Origin: Octopus sinensis
Taxonomy: Eukaryota
Direction: 5' to 3'
DNA: 59,368 nucleotides
NCBI RefSeq assembly: GCF_006345805.1
Contig: NW_021835193.1
Coordinates: 1-59,368, forward strand
Below, in pieces: positions 52,591 to 59,368 of the stretch. The number at the start of each line of letters is the position of its first letter. The stretch's first letter is position 1. Under the pieces are notes generated by a model. The model saw only the letters and a list, made by a program, of their open reading frames with translations, searched no databases and was not told where the DNA came from. The translations under genes and the position numbers were made by a program.

Positions 52591-55062
52591 TAGGATTTGA
52601 ACTTCAAAATAAAAAGGAAAGCTTAGAAAATATGCCGAAGTATCACTGAACTGCGCAGTAATTTATCACTCTGCAATGTTTATTCACTCTAGTTAGTATT
52701 ATTCATACTAGTTATTTTTTTCTACATATAACTTTTTTGCTGTTGCTGTTGCTGCTTTTCTTTTCTAAGGTTAGTTCAAAAGATTTTACCTTTTACATTT
52801 TAGAGACAGAAAAAAATATAACGACTATATGCAAAGACTTTTACACAAGTAAAACCTCTTTTGTTCGTCAGACCTTGAAAGCAGTTGTTTCTTTTTCAAC
52901 AGTATTCGACAGCATTCTCCCTATAAGCACAACTGGTGGAATTGACATTATGAAGGTATGATGAACCTTCATAGATTTAAACCTGTGATACAAATCTAAA
53001 TATAGTTTGTAACTAACCGCATTTTAGCTGACGTTTTACTGTTTCTGTTCTTTTTATAGCTACCCTCTTTGCAGTCAAAATATTGATTCCTTAGACTAGA
53101 ACACTTTCCTTTTGGAACACGATCTAAGGTAACTGTAAAAGAGCTGAGACTGTGTATTTTACATTTGACAGAATTACTAATCTCTTGTAGGGAACAGGTT
53201 TAATATGACTGGAATTTGTTTTAAAAGAGGAAAGAGGTTTGGTTGATCAAATGTTAAAGAATGTTATAGTTCTATCGCAAAACTTTATATATAGTGGTTT
53301 TATCAAAACTCTAATTATGTTAGAACTTTCGCAGCAGGCACAATCAATATGATGACAGACTGTCAACAAAATAGTTACTTTTTAATGTCATGTTCTAGCT
53401 CATGTACTCTGTCCATTATGACGATTGACTATAAGTTGGTTGGATTATCTAAATTCTAATAGAAATCTTAAATATGTGCAACTTACCGCTTCAAGGGTAA
53501 AGGCGTAGTATATACTTTAGATTGCATTTTACATTATAACATCTGTAGGATACGTCTCTTGAGCTTCTAATACAAAAGCGTTTATAGATGCGCAGAGTGA
53601 ACAAATCTGACGTTTCGGACAATGGTTCTTCAATATAAAGCGATCAAGAAATGATCGGTGGGTATGAAAAAATAAGTGAATCAGCTAATTAATGAGGAAG
53701 TAATTGCAGTGAACAATAAATGTGGATAGCAATGTTTGAAGTGTAAGGGAGCAGTGTTGAGAAAACGCGTTGACAAGACAGCTAAATTTCTGATGAAATT
53801 CATCACCTTACTCCATGTACCTGCCATTATTCCCTCCATACCATCTATGTTAAGCTGACCGTTCTTTGGATATTCTAACTATGAGAAAACATTGAGCACT
53901 AATGGTAAATGCGTTACACATAATTGTTTATTCTAATGTATGGCAACTGACTCACACCCAAAGTGTAAAGTCATGATATCTTGTTTTAAACTGTAATTAT
54001 TTTAGCGCCAGAAGGATATCCATTGGATATACTTTCTTTCTCATTAAAATTTTTTTTTAACTGGCAACAATCATTCCCTCGCTATTGTCGAGACAATAAA
54101 TGAAGTGAAGCGTTATAATTCATTGACAGTAAATCAATGCTTTTAACAGGAAATGAGCAGATTGATTCATTAAAGAACGAGAGATGGTAAAATGACGTTG
54201 AAAGAGATAGAGAAAACAAAAGGCAGAATGTGAGCGATAGAAATGTAATTACCTGTCTATAAGAAACAAGCAGCGGCCCTCTTTTAATATCTTTCATATT
54301 TTCATATTACTATAATACATTAAAGTTTCAAAATTTCTAAGTGTTTTCTTCATAATCATTAACCCAAGCTTCTTAATGTTATTTCTTAAACATTTGATAA
54401 AGTAAATTGCCTAAACGTAAGGTTTAGCAATAATTAAAGACATAGGCGTAAACCAATAATCAGGGAATAGAAGTTGAAAGCGTTGAAATAGCTAGCCTTA
54501 AAGAGTTTCTACTTCACTGACCTTGGGATGTGATATTCAAATTCCCAAGGAAGTTAATTTCCAGAAGCATAACGATGTCTTTTCTATTCTTCTCTTTTAC
54601 AACAGTAGTCTATATAAATATCTTTGCACTACAGAATCGGGTGTTATGAACACACATTCGTTGTAAAGGAGAAGTTGTGTTCCTGTGACGAAATGCAACA
54701 GCAATTAGCATTTTCGTGTTCGAATCTGCTCGAGCGTATTAAGAATATACATATGGAATTCATGGTTTTGATTCTCGTTGTTCACCGTGCATATAACGAG
54801 TTATTATCGTTGACAAATATCATCACAGATCAGCAAACAGTTTGTTTACTGATGTTACAGACAAGAGCAACGACTCTTTTTAAATTTATCAGGCCCTTGC
54901 TGACGTGGCCCAACAGTGTCGAAACACCAGCTAATCCAGAGTCCCTTGCACTGATGGAGTGACTATGTTATGAACTCACATTCGTCGTAATGGCGAAGTT
55001 ATGCTTTGGTGGCGAAACACAATAGTGATTAATATATTCACATTCAAATCTGGGATCTTTAG

Positions 55063-55703
55063 CTTTTGACTGACAGATTTAAAAAATAATTTTTGTAACT
55101 AAACACTTTGAAACTTCGGACACTGGTAGAATGAGTCATATAGAATATCTTTTATTCTTAGCGTTTTTGAGAAAAGCTTATATTTAAGAAGTTATTTCAC
55201 GTTAAAGTTTTCGTATTTCGGTAATTTCAACCAATCAATGACGTGTATTCAGCTGAATAAAATTACTGCTGTTGTTTGTCAACAACAACTATCGGCGGTG
55301 CATTTTTCGTTTGTCACTGTTATTTATGACATTGTTCGTGCGTTTGTACTGGTTTTAGCTTTCACGCTTTAGGGTTAGGGTGTTAGGGTTAGGGTTAGGG
55401 TTAGGGTTAAGGTTTTCGGGTTAGGGTTAGGGTTGTCATAAATAACAGTGATAAACGAAATATACACCGCCGGAAGTTCTTGTTGACAAGCAACATCAGT
55501 AATTTCATTCAGCTGAAAACACGTCATTGATTGGTTGAAATTACCGAAATACGAGAACTTTAACGTGTAATAACTTCCTAACTATATGCTTTTCCCAAAA
55601 ACGCTAAGAATAAAAGATGTTTTATATGACACATTCTATCAGTGTCCGAAGTTTGAAAGTGTTTAGTTACAAAAAATTATTTTAAAAATCTGTCGGTCAA
55701 AAG
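55063..55703. mobile_element. 641-bp foldback/MITE with ~270-bp inverted arms and an internal (TTAGGG)n tract
   Basis: 55063-55331 pairs with 55434-55703; eight perfect TTAGGG plus variants at 55369-55432. Confidence 0.88.
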
Positions 55704-56430
55704 GTCTGGCGCAATATATAGAGAATGAGTATGAAAATCATCATTTTTATTCTCGCTGTTCACCGGGCATATGACGATTTATTATATAAATACCAATTTA
55801 CACTTAATCTCAGCGTCAATCAAAATATTCCAAACACTGCTTTCTTTGCATTCATTCGTAGTACCAGATTGCACTTATTTGAACTACAAATAAACGGTGC
55901 TTCTAAACCAACTGTATTATAGTTTCGCAGTTCGAACCCAGTCTGAAGCTATGAACATTTTTTAGAAATAAAGCCCGATACGAAATTAATTGCTCTAAAA
56001 TTGATCTTATGAAAAACATGGGTGTAGAGATGGGTGTGTGGTTAAGAACCCCGCTTTGCAACGATGTGGTTTTGGTTTCGGTCCACAGCACGGCACCTTT
56101 GCAGTGTCTTCTATTATAGTACCTTGTGAGGGAATTTTGTAGACGGAAATTGTGTAGACTCATGTCATATAAAAGATTTATAGTCGATCATCTGTTAAAA
56201 CGGAATTTCACAGACAAATATTCTATTCAACAGGGTTTAAAATCTGAAAACAAGGAGCAGGATCAGTAGATCAAAATCTGGATAATTTAGAAAACGGAAA
56301 TTCGAAAAGTTCTTCAAAGGCAATTGATGAACGAATCAGCAATCAGGCTTGTTTCCATCTTGCTAGACACCCTCAATGAACATATGGTCCCATATACTTC
56401 ACTAAGGACGTCTAACGTAAGGATCATACT

Positions 56431-56486
<56 letters not shown>

Positions 56487-56799
56487 ACACATATGTATGT
56501 ATGCATTCGGAGGCAAACTCGAACGTTTTAAGGTGTAGAACTGTTAAACCGGGTCACGGATTATGTCTATCACCCAAGTAGCCCGAGATGGGATTTGAAC
56601 TCAGAACTCAAACATGCCTAGCAAAAACCACATGACATCCAATCCGGCTTTCTTAAACTTCCGATAACCCAATACTCTGGATTGGCACTTCTTGTGGCCT
56701 CCAAAAGGATGAAAGACAAATATGCTCTCACCAGGGTTTGAACTCATAGTAAAGATAGTCGGGACAAATAAAGCAAGGTATTCTGTTGGGTGCTCAAGT

Positions 56800-56955
56800 G
56801 ATTGTATGCCATTGTGCGGCAAAAATACTCGGCATTGATTGACAGAAAGCGAGCTCTTCTACAGCAAGATGACGCAGGACCTCATACTGCTCGAACGACC
56901 CAGCATAAACCCCAGAAATCTGAGAGAATCGAACTGATACCACACCCAACATATA
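56800..56955 (+). mobile_element. Mariner-type transposase fragment
   Basis: IDRKRALLQQDDAGPHTARTT...IELIPHPTY resembles the mariner HHDNARPH...LPHPPYSPDL segment; cut off by a SINE-B head at ~56957. Confidence 0.75.
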
Positions 56956-57054
56956 GGCGCAGGCGTGGCTGTGTGGTAAGAAGCTTGCTTCCGCGCATGC
57001 GTTGGTCATTGTTTTTCTGTGCACTGCTAGGACTCACGACGCTGTATACCAACG

Positions 57055-57402
57055 TTGTGATTTATAAGGTTTTTAATCGAACAAATCGACCTAAGGACTT
57101 TTTTGTTGTTTTTTAAAGCATTGTACTTATATTATCGGTCTCTTTTGCCGAAACACACAAACACCGGTTATCAAGCAGTGATGGTGAGGGAACGAACACA
57201 GAAACACACACACACACAGACACACACACATACATACATACGACGAGCTTCATTCAGTTTTCGCCTACCAAATCCACTGACGAGGCTTTCGTCGGTCCGA
57301 GAATATAGTAGAAGACACTTGCCGAAGTTGCCACGCAGTGTGATTGAACCCGGTGCCATATAGTTGGGAAGAAAGCTCCTTACCACACAGCCACGGCTGC
57401 AC
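57055..57402 (-). mobile_element. CORE-type SINE family B
   Basis: Homology to family B; closely similar to 58372-58630. Confidence 0.85.
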
Positions 57403-58312
57403 ATCTATGTGTATGCATAATACATTTTTGTGCGTGTAAGTTTATGTTTAGAGGATGTCGTAAATCAGGAAGAACTGATTGAGGTAAGAAAGACCTGAAA
57501 CAAAGATTTTGTTTTCCTCGGTCCGGGCCTGCTGATGCAGGCTTCCCTGCAGGTGGCAGGAAACTTACTTGGGGCCCGGATGAGGAAGATCAAGATTAAT
57601 GAAAAATATATTTTTGTAATTTGTAATTGTAATTTTTTAATTTTTGTGATTATAATTTTGATTTATATTGATTTAAATTGAACAGTAATTTCGAGTGGGT
57701 TATCGGTCGGCGGGTGCCGGTGCCCTTCCCATTTTTTTCCATCTTTGTCGTTTTCATACACATTAATGTCTCTGTCCAGCCCGCAGCTCCCCTTATCTGT
57801 GTTCTACCTTCATGGTCAATTCGATGAAATGAAGTTCATGTTTAGTTATGACTTATTTTCCGTATGGCGTTTTCTATCTGCGTATACATGCATTCCATTC
57901 ACACACAGCTAAATATATCGGCAAGTGTATTTATTAATTAAATACATCTGAAATACCGATATACTGTCTTACATATTGATACAGCTAAACGTATTCAAAT
58001 ATATAGATTAGTACTAAATTTGTTACATCTCATGTTTCTGTTCAGAATTATCTGTGTTTACCGAGCTAATTTCATAGACAGATACTAAAATTAAGGTTTA
58101 ATATATGTTGTGTACTTCACTTTTATATCAAATTTTAAAACTTAGAGAAATACCTTTGTTTTATATAGACAATTAAATATTAGTATTACATACCATATTC
58201 CATAAAATTAATAGCAAACCGTAAATTCTATTCAATCTGTAATTTACGATACCTTTGTGACTTCTAAAACGTTCTACTCAAATACATTACTTAATGCACT
58301 TACGCTTAAAAG

Positions 58313-58350
<38 letters not shown>

Positions 58351-58371
58351 CGTTGCATATACATATTCCTT

Positions 58372-58531
58372 TATTCTTTTATTCTTTTACTTGTTTCAGT
58401 GATTTGACGGCGATCACCATCTTGAAAGGTTTTAATCGAACAAATCGACCCAAGGACTATTTTTTTGTTTTGCTTTTTAAAGCCTTGTACTTATGTTATC
58501 AGTCTCTTTTGCCGAAACACACAAACACACA

Positions 58532-58584
<53 letters not shown>

Positions 58585-58630
58585 AGCTTCTTACAGTTTC
58601 CGTCTACCAAATCCATTGACAAGGCTTTCG
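58372..58630 (-). mobile_element. CORE-type SINE family B, partial
   Basis: Homology to family B. Confidence 0.85.
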
Positions 58631-58765
58631 CTAGCCACTACGCATTCTTTATTTTCTCTCCTTGTTTCTTTCTGTGTTCCTTTCCTGAGCGTTATACTAA
58701 TACATCTGTTTGTTGTCTACACCACCTGTCTTCGCATTTTGTTTTTTTTTGTGAATTCACCCTAT
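58630..58765 (+). mobile_element. Family H copy lacking the ribozyme segment
   Basis: TTCTGTGTTCCTTTC joins directly to CTGAGCGTTATACTAATAC. Confidence 0.8.
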
Positions 58766-58800
58766 ATATATATACAAGAGAACAAAGTGTACGTACGCCG

Positions 58801-58842
<42 letters not shown>

Positions 58843-58844
58843 CG

Positions 58845-59250
58845 AAATGGGACAAGAACGCCAAACATCCGGACAACTAGGTGATACAAAAAGGGACAAC
58901 AAAACATCCAGATATACGATACAAAAAAACAAGGATGGGTCATTCGAAGCTCTCTTTCCTCAGTCAAGAACCGGATCATCCTCGCAATTTCGCCCGATTA
59001 ATCTTCAGATTGCTCTAATCTGGTCAGCCCCATGGAAAAACTAAGCTAGGAGCATTAGATTCTTTGGAAGAAAGCATCGGATGTGTACAAAACCAAGGAC
59101 GGAAAAACGAACAATGTTGCACAAATATAAATACAACAAAAATTTAAATAATAATAATAATAACAGGATATAGCAACAGGTGTCTTTCAACTGGGGACTA
59201 ATTGAATTCAGCTGGACTGTGTGGAAATGAAGCCTTACAGCAGAGATACA
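58845..59250 (-). mobile_element. Family P copy
   Basis: Homology to 28420-28832. Confidence 0.7.
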
Positions 59251-59296
59251 AAATTTTCACAAACACAGGGAATCTATATATATATATATATATATA

Positions 59297-59368
59297 TCCT
59301 TGTTTCTCTCCTGTTTTTTCTGTGTCCCTTTCTGTGAAGAGCGTATGCTCGAAACGTAAAAGACTTTT
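59297..59368 (+). mobile_element. Family H copy cut by the window end; hammerhead-like motif at 59324-59364
   Basis: GTCCCTTT-CTGT-GA-A-GAGC/gtat/GCTC-GAAACGTA-AAAGAC. Confidence 0.8.

Noticed and set aside
53735-53780. GAAA-ACGCGT-T palindrome
   Set aside because: No upstream core or stem II.
55369-55432. True telomere or chromosome fusion site
   Set aside because: Short, single-orientation tract inside a foldback element, far from the window ends.

Overview
AT-rich, microsatellite-saturated animal DNA. The SINE repertoire (tRNA-headed CORE-type and other families resembling the octopus OK/OR SINEs) and the (TA)n/(CA)n/(TATC)n/(TACA)n load point to an octopod cephalopod; this is inferred from sequence style only. 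I find no supportable host gene, and almost every ORF in the track is a translated microsatellite. The window is a patchwork of mobile-element relics: a 5'-truncated Tx1/L1-clade LINE embedded in a (GATA)n array (16296-18018), a Penelope-like element with RT and GIY-YIG (about 21400-23890), a second GIY-YIG family, an RLE-type LINE 3' end that the ORF track misses (15080-15440), Tc1 and mariner fragments, piggyBac-like and TTAGGG-containing foldback MITEs, Helitron-like ends and more than 30 SINE copies or fragments. Two candidate systems stand out. (1) At least six unrelated small repeat families carry type I hammerhead-ribozyme folds, several with family-specific core variants (U3-A8, C4, U6), and two occur as head-to-head inverted pairs. 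(2) A Tx1 LINE appears to target (GATA)n, and its last ~55 nt resemble the tail of a SINE family that occurs as multimers with a fixed junction; one dimer carries a 13-bp target-site duplication. All alignments and folds were done by eye, and boundaries of degenerate repeats are approximate.
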